Of a stretch of 64,000 bases of DNA, positions 1 to 8,260 are shown in pieces. Under the pieces are notes generated by a model, which saw only the letters and a list, made by a program, of their open reading frames with translations, was not told where the DNA came from and did not search any database. Each line of letters opens with the position of its first letter. Positions within the stretch are counted from its first letter, which is position 1. A program made the translations under genes and the position numbers. This DNA comes from a virus (lineage: Duplodnaviria > Caudoviricetes). The DNA lies in the IMG/VR virus record IMGVR_UViG_3300020190_000004; one strand, 5' to 3'.

Positions 1-413
1 TACTGGTGCGGTACGGCCTCTACTAGCGCTTTTTCACTCTAAAACTGCCCAAAGTGTACCTCTTCGCAAAAACTTGTACCCACTTGGCGATCATCATGCG
101 ATTAGTTGCCAACACCTCTAAAAGCGCTCTGAACGTACAAATCTACCCGCATCTGGGTCTTTTAGGCAGTTTCCAGGGAAACAAGGGTCTACTTTTTTAG
201 TGTCTTAATAGAAGTCCTCTCGCGAGTATATTTTTTCGACACTCTCCGCACTTGTACCTCCCTAATCTCTCTCAGACCCACACCTGTCCTATTTCTCCCC
301 GTACGGGCGGTACGGGAGCCACCCAGTTGTCTACCCGGCCCATTCCGCTCCGCTACTCCATACGCTCGGGATGACAATTCCCTATTGGAGGATTTCCTGC
401 AATCCAAGACAAC

Positions 414-435
414 AAAAGGGAGGCGCTAACCTCCC
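414..435 (-). terminator. Rho-independent terminator
   Basis: GGGAGG-N6-CCTCCC stem followed by TTTT on the minus strand, downstream of ORF 476..823. Confidence 0.6.
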
Positions 436-475
436 GTGATGATGTTTATATCTCGATGGCGTGTTTCCCTATGGA

Positions 476-823
476 CTATAGCAATATGGCCGGGTAGTTC
501 TTGTCCAGGTCTCGCTTAAACTTTTTGCGTTTCTCGCTCCACTCCTGAGCGGTCTGCGTGATGGCGGCGACGTCCTCTGCTGTGAGCCCGGCGAAGCTGC
601 CGTACTTGGGCACCTGCGCCTCGAACTCTTTGATGGCCCGGGCCCTGTACTGGCGGCGCTCGTCTGCCTCAGCCAGGCGTTTCTGCCAGCGGTGCCAGCC
701 TGGAGTGCCCTCCGTGGCGTATCGGTCCTGGTCATCTCTAGACATTTTGCGGATCTCTGACAAGAACCCCCCGTAGACCTGTGATTGTTTCTCGACTACT
801 GTTTTTCTAACTCCGTTTCCCAT
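476..823 (-). CDS. hypothetical basic protein (115 aa)
   Basis: ORF starts just downstream of early promoter copy 845..916. Confidence 0.7.
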   Translation of the reverse strand: MGNGVRKTVVEKQSQVYGGFLSEIRKMSRDDQDRYATEGTPGWHRWQKRLAEADERRQYRARAIKEFEAQVPKYGSFAGLTAEDVAAITQTAQEWSEKRKKFKRDLDKNYPAILL

Positions 824-844
824 AGTTGTTTTGTATTATTTAAT

Positions 845-916
845 ATAGTATAAATTTAACCATTGTTTTCTTGCCATGCAAATTCTAGCGCAACTTTTTT
901 CTGTAAGTTATTAACA
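845..916 (-). promoter_or_regulatory. early promoter element copy 1 (TGTTAATAAC box + TTTG-N20-TAnnTTTA)
   Basis: Matches the repeated intergenic consensus; box-to-TTTGCA spacing 24 nt. Confidence 0.85.
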
Positions 917-1135
917 CTTGTTGGCGGGTACCCATTGTAGAGTGTTTGTGTAGGATTGTACGCTTGAGAGGTGGATGGTCTTTCTGCGGGTGGTACCGCC
1001 GATTGTGAGTACCTCTATGATGAGGTCATCTCCAACCCTCTCGACCACTCGGTCGGTAGAGTGAGCTCCAGTGGCTGGGTCTCTGTAGGCTATGCGGGTG
1101 CCAGCCTCAATGTGGTGTCGTGTAGTATCTTTCAT
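911..1135 (-). CDS. hypothetical protein (likely start MKDTTRHH)
   Basis: Tiles with neighbours; stop codon lies inside the TGTTAA box. Confidence 0.6.
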   Translation of the reverse strand: MKDTTRHHIEAGTRIAYRDPATGAHSTDRVVERVGDDLIIEVLTIGGTTRRKTIHLSSVQSYTNTLQWVPANKC

Positions 1136-1136
1136 A

Positions 1137-1334
1137 TTATGCTGTTTTTGATTGTTCGTATAGGTTAGACCATTGACGGATCTTTGCTTTCCACAGGAAA
1201 GGATGGTATAATACCATAGAACGAGCATAGCTGATAATATCCTCGGTAGCGTCAATATACCCTTGTTCTACCATGTAGGCATGTGCCTGAGTTAACTCCT
1301 TTTCTGTGAGTCCGTATGTGTTTATCTTTGCCAT
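1137..1334 (-). CDS. hypothetical protein (likely start MAKINT)
   Basis: ATG directly downstream of promoter copy 2. Confidence 0.6.
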   Translation of the reverse strand: MAKINTYGLTEKELTQAHAYMVEQGYIDATEDIISYARSMVLYHPFLWKAKIRQWSNLYEQSKTA

Positions 1335-1348
1335 ATCAGTTATTTGTT

Positions 1349-1422
1349 TATAGTATAAAATTAACCATAATAGTTGAACCATGCAAACTTTAAATGTTAA
1401 AAATAGTTAAAAGTTATTAACA
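1349..1422 (-). promoter_or_regulatory. early promoter element copy 2
   Basis: Consensus match; spacing 25 nt. Confidence 0.85.
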
Positions 1423-1704
1423 ATTTGAGCCGGACCTGATCGCCCGGATAGCCGTGGCTACGGCGACTGCGTAGGAGGCCAACTTCTCGTCTTGTGGGGC
1501 CTTGTAAGCCGCGTAGAGCATGTCGATGTTGTAGGCAGAAGCCCCGCCTATCTTGCAGTCGATCCACTGGCAAAAGTTGAGTAGGTCTGCTGAGTGGCGG
1601 ACTTGTAGCCTCTCTTCTGCGTAGTAGTAGCCCTCGGTAAAATTTCCTGTAGTCGAAGCGCCTTGAAGCAAAAGGGCTTTAGCGTAATTTGGTAAATTGT
1701 TCAT
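1417..1704 (-). CDS. hypothetical protein (95 aa)
   Basis: ORF track; ends Cys-stop within the box. Confidence 0.7.
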   Translation of the reverse strand: MNNLPNYAKALLLQGASTTGNFTEGYYYAEERLQVRHSADLLNFCQWIDCKIGGASAYNIDMLYAAYKAPQDEKLASYAVAVATAIRAIRSGSNC

Positions 1705-1715
1705 ATATTGATTAA

Positions 1716-1898
1716 TTAAGATAGTTTTTGAATTATTCCATTCTCATTAACAGACAGCTCATACATCAAACCAGAAAGGAAAAGTTTGAAAGATGATCGA
1801 CTCTTTCCATTTTCTATACAGTGATTTACGAGTTTCTGTAAATTGAGTTTATACTTTTCGGCCAACATATTAAGAAGAACCATTGTAGTGTTTTCCAT
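1716..1898 (-). CDS. hypothetical protein (60 aa)
   Basis: ATG immediately after promoter copy 3. Confidence 0.65.
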   Translation of the reverse strand: MENTTMVLLNMLAEKYKLNLQKLVNHCIENGKSRSSFKLFLSGLMYELSVNENGIIQKLS

Positions 1899-1899
1899 A

Positions 1900-1985
1900 T
1901 TGATTAATTAATTATAGTATAAATTTAACCATAGTTTTTGACACTGGCAAATTTTTGGGCAACTTTTTTCAAAAAGTTATTAACA
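1900..1985 (-). promoter_or_regulatory. early promoter element copy 3
   Basis: Consensus match; spacing 24 nt. Confidence 0.85.
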
Positions 1986-2070
1986 CTTGAGCGGTTAACA
2001 ACCCGCAGGGTATTATACGCGGCGGAGTATACTCGGTCCCGGCCGAGAAGCCGTTACAGTATTATTTGAT
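1986..2070 (-). ncRNA. candidate small structured RNA between promoter copies 4 and 3
   Basis: No ATG/ORF; three consecutive hairpins on the minus strand (CTCGG/CCGAG, TATAC/GTATA, GCGG..CCGC). Confidence 0.35.
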
Positions 2071-2133
2071 TATAGTATAAAATTAACCATTTGGATTGAC
2101 ACTGGCAATGGAAAAGTGAAAAAGTTATTAACA
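2071..2133 (-). promoter_or_regulatory. early promoter element copy 4
   Basis: Consensus match; spacing 14 nt. Confidence 0.8.
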
Positions 2134-2139
2134 CTTGGC

Positions 2140-3180
2140 CGGCGGTACCTCATCTACTGGGCAAACTACACTACGAGACCCCTGTAGACAGCGGGTTCTA
2201 AGAGGTAGAACGGCCTATTCTACCCGCTAGTAGAGCCAATATAGTAGTTATATTCACGCGTTAGACACTAGTTCTCCTCATTAGAAGTGAAAAAATGTCA
2301 CGTTTTGATGAGGTTTTGGGCCCTCCAGAGCGTGATTTAGGGGTGTTCTAGAACCGCCCCCTCAGAACAGCCGGCCAGGGCGCCTGCCACGGGCCCTCTA
2401 CAGGCCCTCTACCGTGAACTCGTCTGCTCTGGAGGGTGTCGTGGAGGGCCTCTGGAGATGAGGTTCTAGAGTGGACTAGCGTAGTAGCGGTAGTGGAGCA
2501 GTCCACCAGTGAGGGCGTAAAAGTTCAACTCAGTAGTAGCCGTCGACCTCATCCCCAGGGAGGCGCCAGGTGGCCCTCAATCACGGTCACTCCCAAGCTG
2601 CACCACCAGCGGCCAACACTCTCAGGACGTCACCGGTAGTCCTCGCTGGTGGAAGTCGGTGGAGAAGTGGCCCGGTGGCGCTGGGTCAGAGAGGCCACTC
2701 GGAGAGTGCAGCTCCGCCATCACTTCCGGCGGGATCGCGCTCGACCCACATCGGTTGGTAGTCTGCATTCAGTTGGGCAGAACCTGAGCGACCCGGCTCC
2801 GGGCAAGTGGCCTCGACACGTCCAGGGGTGTCGAGCAGAGCGCGAGCCCCCGGGAGAGGCTCATCCACTCAGACCAGGCGCTCTGGAGCCGGGCAGCCGA
2901 GCGGTAGAGGGCGCGGTGGAAGTGGTGGAAGCGCTCAGACTCCACACTGGTAGAAAGAGTAGTTGTACGGGGTCCTTAACGGGGCCGATAGAGTTGCAGG
3001 CAATGGCCGGTGGCCCGTAATGGCCGGCAACGGCGTTTAGGAGCGTGCAGGTCGATTAAAGGCCGTATGGGACTCGGTGTTTGATCGCTTTTGGCCTGGC
3101 ACCGGGTTATATGGGACCGTATAACGGCCTTTTAAGGCCGAAAACACTGGTTGTATGGCACATATTCTGGCCCAAAAGTA
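2140..3180. other. GC-rich non-coding region with nested inverted repeats (candidate large ncRNA or origin/terminus structure)
   Basis: Multiple 7-11 bp perfect complementary pairs in nested arrangement; no credible ORF. Confidence 0.5.
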
Positions 3181-3507
3181 CCTATGACTATTCTGACCAT
3201 AAAAAAAAGCTATATAAAATATAAACTTTACACTCCCGCATTAGAGGCATGAGTAAGACGAAGAATTGCTCAGACCACTTCTCCGGAGGATTTCGGCTGG
3301 GCAGTATTTTGCCCATGACTCTGGACCCGGCTCCTGTGATGACCCGGCTCCCAGGTTTGGATCTTCCCCTGCGACCTCTGGTGAAAAAAATTCTGGTAGT
3401 TTTTTCTGAGACGATTTTTAACATTCTCAGATTAACCGTCGCTCGGCGTGATGTGTTCACAATTCAGGGAAGCTGAATTGGAATACAGATTCTTCTCGCG
3501 CTGGTGG

Positions 3508-3738
3508 CTACTTGTGCAACTCGTTGCGCCACTCGGTGGTATCTCTCGGCGGGTTCCCTGTTGAGTCCCAGCCCTGGCGGTACGCCGTGTCAGGGTGGCG
3601 GAGTGGCGTCGATCCCTCCCCCTGCGATTCTCTCTCGGTGGGTTTCTTGCTGATCTTTTTGATCCCTACGTAGAGTGTCAGGACCATGAGGGCGACTACC
3701 CCCCAGTAGTAGATTTCGTTTGTGGTTTTCTTTCTCAT
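3508..3738 (-). CDS. small membrane protein (likely start MRKKTTNE)
   Basis: Single hydrophobic segment YYWGVVALMVLTLYVGI. Confidence 0.5.
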   Translation of the reverse strand: MRKKTTNEIYYWGVVALMVLTLYVGIKKISKKPTERESQGEGSTPLRHPDTAYRQGWDSTGNPPRDTTEWRNELHK

Positions 3739-3852
3739 GTGGTTTGTATTTATTCGTTGGTGAGTCTTGACTCGCGCCCGGAGGCTGTCTTCTGGGTGCA
3801 TCGTCTCTTAGTGTGTAAACACGGTGCGGTAAGTCGCACGGCCTCTGAGCGC

Positions 3853-4236
3853 TCAGAGTTTTGGCCCAAGAGGTTTCTTGCGTTGCAGAGGAAACCTGTG
3901 CGCGACTCCTCCCAGCAGATTCGCCTCACTGGTAATGTACATGTTTTGCTGGCGCAGAGTGAAGCTCCAGCTTTGCGAAATGTAGAACTCTGCGCGAACG
4001 TCGTAGCCTATGATGTTGCGAGGCGTCAAGTCGCCGCCCCAGTTGATTGTGTTGAAACCCAGCGATCCTGTCACCTTGCTGCGTGAGTTGGGCCACAGAG
4101 TGAAGAGACCCGGCTGAGGCTCTGAGTAGTAGTTGAGTGACAGGCGTTCAGGGAACTGCATCACCGGTGTGGGTTGGCGAAGTGGTTGAGCCGCAACGCC
4201 GGTTGTGAAGAGGAGCGCGAACACTAGTGGCCTCAT
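3853..4236 (-). CDS. secreted/outer-membrane-like protein (likely start MRPLVFALL)
   Basis: Signal-peptide-like N-terminus (MRPLVFALLFTTGVAAQP); ATGA overlap with the upstream stop. Confidence 0.55.
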   Translation of the reverse strand: MRPLVFALLFTTGVAAQPLRQPTPVMQFPERLSLNYYSEPQPGLFTLWPNSRSKVTGSLGFNTINWGGDLTPRNIIGYDVRAEFYISQSWSFTLRQQNMYITSEANLLGGVAHRFPLQRKKPLGPKL

Positions 4237-4448
4237 AGCATCATCTTGTAGATTAGCAACTGCAGCACAGAGAGAGCGAAAAGGCAGACGGATATCAACA
4301 CCACTCCATAGACTACTTTGGGCAGCCACTGAGATTCTTCGCTGTGTGCGAAGAAGCGTGGAGCGGCGGGCCCGTTCTTTAAGACCTCACTGTTGTTTCT
4401 TATCGTGAGTAAGATGAAGATGCAGATGAGCAAAAGGGAGACTAACAT
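4233..4448 (-). CDS. two-TM membrane protein (likely start MLVSLLL)
   Basis: Two hydrophobic segments; the longer ORF call overlaps the RadA-like gene. Confidence 0.5.
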   Translation of the reverse strand: MLVSLLLICIFILLTIRNNSEVLKNGPAAPRFFAHSEESQWLPKVVYGVVLISVCLFALSVLQLLIYKMML

Positions 4449-4491
4449 AAGTTTAATTTTAGATTTATATACACAGGAAGCAACCTGGTTC

Positions 4492-5697
4492 TTAGGCCGC
4501 AGAAGCAAAGATCCAAGCCTCTTCACGGGCGATGCGTGTGATTTCTTTCCACATCTTGTGAGTGTGTTTTTGGTAACCCTTGAAAAGGTGGACCCACTCG
4601 TGAAGGACTCCCCACAAGAGTGCTTCCTCGCGATTCTTGATGAACTTGTGCGCGTACGGCCATTCACTGCGGTAGCCAAGTTTCAAGAAGTTGTCGTTGG
4701 TTATCTTATCGAAGAATTTGCGACCCAGAGTAATCTTACCGGCTTTAAAAGTACAGCAGAATCTTTTGCCTTCCCAAGATAAGTGAACTTTAGCAGGATC
4801 ACCTACGAATGTGCTGGTGACAAAGCGGTCAGCGTGTTTGGCGTTTAAGTAGTTGATGATGGAAGTAGCAGCGTCTTTGAACTTTTCCCATGACTCGGAA
4901 TTTCCGTTTGCTGCTTTAAAGTCCATGACAATGTCAGAAACTTCATCAGCAGAGCTGGTGTCTATCCGACTCCACCATTCGTTACCCACGAATACACCTT
5001 CAGGGTTGATGCGGAAGGCGTACTGCTCCATGTTACCACCAAAGCGATTCTTTGACATAGAGAAGAGGCGCTCTTGAGTTTCACGGTCATACCATACTTT
5101 TAAGTGAGAGTCAACCTCGTGTTTCAAGAATGATGGGCCAGCGTAATCACCGCCTTTTCCGTTGTGACCGATGAGCAAGACAGGCGTAAAAGTTTCTTTA
5201 GCCCACTTGGTGAATTTCTCAACCAAGACTACCTGACCGCGAGTCGGACCTTGTGGCATCTTGCTGGCCATCTTTTGTAGAGAGTCTACAATCAAGAGAG
5301 CCGGTTGAATTTTCTCAAGAGCCCCGAACAGTTCTTCCATTCCGCCGACTTTTCCGTGAAACTCGTGAGTTGAGATAAGCATAGTGTCGAAACCTGGTAT
5401 CTTGCGAGCTTGAGTTTTCAATTGGAAGTCACTCATCTCGTAAGAAAGGAAAACTACGGGACGGTCAGTGTTAGCAGTCAAGCGCGACCCAATCACAGCG
5501 CATAGAGTAGTCTTACCTGAACCTGGGTTACCTGTTACCAGTGTAACTTGAGAAGGGATGAGTCCGCCCAACTCAGAGAAAGTGGAGTCAAGCTCCGGCG
5601 AGTTGGTTTTGATTGGATGAAAGAATTGGTCCGGAACAACGATGTCCGATACTTTCTTGAACAGGTCAAGAACATTGTTTTCAGAGGTTTTTACCAT
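4492..5697 (-). CDS. RadA/Sms-like ATPase fused to a SprT-like HExxH metallopeptidase domain
   Basis: Walker A GNPGSGKTT, Walker B LLIVDSLQ, RadA motif KNRFG; C-terminal LHEWVH...H. Confidence 0.8.
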   Translation of the reverse strand: MVKTSENNVLDLFKKVSDIVVPDQFFHPIKTNSPELDSTFSELGGLIPSQVTLVTGNPGSGKTTLCAVIGSRLTANTDRPVVFLSYEMSDFQLKTQARKIPGFDTMLISTHEFHGKVGGMEELFGALEKIQPALLIVDSLQKMASKMPQGPTRGQVVLVEKFTKWAKETFTPVLLIGHNGKGGDYAGPSFLKHEVDSHLKVWYDRETQERLFSMSKNRFGGNMEQYAFRINPEGVFVGNEWWSRIDTSSADEVSDIVMDFKAANGNSESWEKFKDAATSIINYLNAKHADRFVTSTFVGDPAKVHLSWEGKRFCCTFKAGKITLGRKFFDKITNDNFLKLGYRSEWPYAHKFIKNREEALLWGVLHEWVHLFKGYQKHTHKMWKEITRIAREEAWIFASAA

Positions 5698-5699
5698 GT

Positions 5700-5785
5700 T
5701 TGATTAATTAATTATAGTATAAAATTAACCAATAAAAACTTACCATGCAAACTTTTGGGCAACTTTTTTTCAAAAGTTATTAACA
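5700..5785 (-). promoter_or_regulatory. early promoter element copy 5
   Basis: Consensus match; spacing 24 nt; TTTG-N20-TAATTTTA. Confidence 0.9.
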
Positions 5786-5787
5786 CT

Positions 5788-6006
5788 TTACATACCGCTA
5801 AACTTGTCATAGACATAGTCGCGCACTGCTTCATATTCTTCTTCTGTAAGTTGCTCGTCATTTTCAATTACGATGTCATCATCAGCACTCCAAGCAGACT
5901 CTTCCCATTCATATGTGCCTTCTACTTCTTTACCATTAATGATAAGATTAAAGGTGTACACAGACCGTGTAAACCTGTGGCTTTGTGCAAAGTCAGTTAT
6001 TTCCAT
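5788..6006 (-). CDS. small acidic hypothetical protein
   Basis: ORF track; very Asp/Glu-rich. Confidence 0.65.
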   Translation of the reverse strand: MEITDFAQSHRFTRSVYTFNLIINGKEVEGTYEWEESAWSADDDIVIENDEQLTEEEYEAVRDYVYDKFSGM

Positions 6007-6011
6007 TTTTC

Positions 6012-6539
6012 TTAGTTTTCTTCGTTTTCAGTTTCATCTTCGTAATAACCTAGTAATACAGGTTCAACGATATCAGACATACCCGCTAGTTCTTCCTTGG
6101 CCCCGTCAATACTTTCCTGGCCATAAATAGGTGAAAAGTTAGGTCTCTGTTGAAAAGGCACGTTTTCACGGTTATTCCAAGCCGCCAGATCTTTTTCCCA
6201 CTGCGGAATCCAGCTTTCCAGGTAGCGCTTATTGCGCCATCGCTCTGCATCTTCCAGTGTAGGAAAGTAGTATACGTCTCCGTAGGTGTCAATCTTTAAG
6301 TCTGGATTGGTAGTGTATACATCAATGATACCGTCATCGCCATCATACCGATAGCACAGGTCTTGGACACATTGCGGATTGGTGTGGCGCTCAGTCCAGT
6401 TGCGTCCGTATGAACGCACCTTGCACTCATAGAGGTAGCCATCATCGTAGGCATAGATGAGACATTCTACCTGTTCACGTACCTCCTTGAGTTGTTCAAA
6501 GCTGAGGTTTTTCAAAAAGTTTTCAATTCGTTTTTTCAT
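6012..6539 (-). CDS. hypothetical protein (175 aa)
   Basis: ORF tiling. Confidence 0.75.
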   Translation of the reverse strand: MKKRIENFLKNLSFEQLKEVREQVECLIYAYDDGYLYECKVRSYGRNWTERHTNPQCVQDLCYRYDGDDGIIDVYTTNPDLKIDTYGDVYYFPTLEDAERWRNKRYLESWIPQWEKDLAAWNNRENVPFQQRPNFSPIYGQESIDGAKEELAGMSDIVEPVLLGYYEDETENEEN

Positions 6540-6548
6540 ATGCCGTTT

Positions 6549-6866
6549 TTAGTAATCGTAATCATCCACGTCACCGTGGCTGTGACGTTCATTCCAAGTG
6601 GCCACATTGGCCCAGTACTGCTCTTCTGGGTCGGGTGGGCAGTATGTATCGGGTTCTTCTTCCTCCACGTAGGGCACGTCGTTGATGGCACCTAAGCTAA
6701 TTCCCTTCCAGGGAAACTCAGCTTCGATAATCTTCCAGGCACGACCCTTAGTGGGTGCATTAACATGGACTTCATTGTAGGGCGGTGAGACCCTTTCAGT
6801 GTAAACGTGAAATGTGTATTTGTTCATAGTCTTAGTTTTAAGCGTTATATGAATTGAATTGTTCAT
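6549..6866 (-). CDS. hypothetical acidic protein
   Basis: ORF tiling; true start may be internal (MNKYTF). Confidence 0.6.
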   Translation of the reverse strand: MNNSIHITLKTKTMNKYTFHVYTERVSPPYNEVHVNAPTKGRAWKIIEAEFPWKGISLGAINDVPYVEEEEPDTYCPPDPEEQYWANVATWNERHSHGDVDDYDY

Positions 6867-7101
6867 GGTCCATTTGGGCCAATTCAGTTAGTGCAGCATC
6901 ATAAGACTTGCCTTTGTAAAACACATAGTAGCCGGTAGTGCCGTGATCTGCCCAGCCGTTAAACGATTCGCTAAGCAAAGAATGGAAGGTGTCCATTACG
7001 CCTTTCCAATAGAGACGACCCGCGTCAGATTGTTTGTACTCTTCTTGTTTCTCGCGAGCTTCCGCGTACTTTTGAATGAGGTATTCTGCGTTGTTTATCA
7101 T
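6838..7101 (-). CDS. hypothetical protein (87 aa)
   Basis: ORF tiling with ATGA overlap. Confidence 0.7.
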   Translation of the reverse strand: MINNAEYLIQKYAEAREKQEEYKQSDAGRLYWKGVMDTFHSLLSESFNGWADHGTTGYYVFYKGKSYDAALTELAQMDHEQFNSYNA

Positions 7102-7286
7102 AGTTCTTCAGGGTTGTTAATTAGTTCGTTAATGTCGTTGTAGGCCAAGTCACATTCATGAGACTCGCTACCGCCTTCCTCGATTTCCGAGACGGCAAGC
7201 GAGTAGAAGTCCCAAATGTCATTGGCGTGCTGAGGATGCTCTTTGACCAGTCTCAGCGATTCTTTACGTAGTTCAGATAGTGTCAT
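7098..7286 (-). CDS. hypothetical protein (62 aa)
   Basis: ORF tiling. Confidence 0.65.
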   Translation of the reverse strand: MTLSELRKESLRLVKEHPQHANDIWDFYSLAVSEIEEGGSESHECDLAYNDINELINNPEEL

Positions 7287-7748
7287 AGTTATGCAGGTAT
7301 TTGATGTTTGTAAATGTTGGTGTTTTACCCAAAGATGACTTCTTCAAAGAAAACAGTTTGCAAGACCGCGTCGGCATCACTTGCATCATCCTGTTCTTCA
7401 TGAAAGTTGATAAGGACATGCGCACCCACATCCTTGACACGCTCATGCACATCTTGAAGAGTAATGCTTCGTGTCATATCACCGTCGCCTTCATGGTCGA
7501 TAAAGGTAAGCTCTCCACCATCACGAAGAACTTGCATAAGCACGTCTTCGTAACAGATGGCTATGCCAGGATGCAGGGTTTCCAGATGTTCGCGGCTAGA
7601 CTTGTACTGGCTGCGATCACAGCTTAATTCCAATCCGTAGCCTTCCATGTAGCCTGTGCCTACGGTATTGCACAGTGAAGAGTAGAAGATCTCCTCCGAC
7701 TCTTGTGGTGTTAGTTGTATTGTCATAGTTATGCAGGTATTTGATGTT
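7281..7748. repeat. 28-bp direct repeat (7281..7308 and 7721..7748) flanking gene 7325..7726
   Basis: TGTCATAGTTATGCAGGTATTTGATGTT is identical at both sites. Confidence 0.9.
7325..7726 (-). CDS. hypothetical acidic protein (133 aa)
   Basis: ORF tiling. Confidence 0.75.
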   Translation of the reverse strand: MTIQLTPQESEEIFYSSLCNTVGTGYMEGYGLELSCDRSQYKSSREHLETLHPGIAICYEDVLMQVLRDGGELTFIDHEGDGDMTRSITLQDVHERVKDVGAHVLINFHEEQDDASDADAVLQTVFFEEVIFG

Positions 7749-7989
7749 CGTGAATGTCAACGTTGGCCAGGGAAAAGTAGTAGATGTTCATCGACCGCAT
7801 GTACGGAACGCCCAGATACTCGTCCTCAAAGTCCACGTCCTCGATCTGCGAGTGGTAGACGTAACCCATTTCGTTGAGCGTCTTGAGTTCACGTAGGGAC
7901 AGTTCATCTCCGTCTTCCAGGATATATTCGTAGACGTTGTTGTTAGTATCATCCTTGTGCAAGTTGTTTAAGATTTCTTCCTTTGTCAT
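7729..7989 (-). CDS. hypothetical protein (86 aa)
   Basis: ORF tiling. Confidence 0.7.
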   Translation of the reverse strand: MTKEEILNNLHKDDTNNNVYEYILEDGDELSLRELKTLNEMGYVYHSQIEDVDFEDEYLGVPYMRSMNIYYFSLANVDIHEHQIPA

Positions 7990-7993
7990 ATGT

Positions 7994-8257
7994 TTAGTTT
8001 AAGAGTTTACCTTGATGTAGATTGTGTAACGCAATTTCCAAGAAGCGGGCATCAGTAGGTTCCACGGCAAATGTAATGTGGAGGTCGTACCCGGTAACGT
8101 CCATTTCCGATTTGGTAATCACAGGTGGAAACAAATCGTTCTCAAATTCTGCGGCAATATCCAGTCGAACCCCGTCAATGAAAGAGTCCCGTTTGCCGTT
8201 CTCGTTTTCCCGAATCCATTTAGGCAGATCACGAAAGGTGTAGGTTTGTGTTATCAT
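7994..8257 (-). CDS. hypothetical protein (87 aa)
   Basis: ORF tiling. Confidence 0.7.
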   Translation of the reverse strand: MITQTYTFRDLPKWIRENENGKRDSFIDGVRLDIAAEFENDLFPPVITKSEMDVTGYDLHITFAVEPTDARFLEIALHNLHQGKLLN

Positions 8258-8260
8258 ATC

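Noticed and set aside
189-407. 72-aa Arg-rich ORF as a real gene
   Set aside because: It lies downstream of a terminator in GC-rich sequence with no promoter element; coding status is not supportable.
2436-3020. ORF-track proteins in the GC-rich block (2436..2639, 2570..2761, 2649..3020, 2686..2868)
   Set aside because: They are mutually overlapping on both strands with low-complexity Arg/Pro/Gly composition and no promoter, so they are best explained as chance ORFs in GC-rich structured sequence.
2140-3180. tmRNA, RNase P RNA or tRNA cluster
   Set aside because: I could not find the tmRNA acceptor/TPsiC ends, the RNase P GAGGAAAGUCC motif or a cloverleaf with a GTTCGA loop; an Infernal search is needed to be certain.
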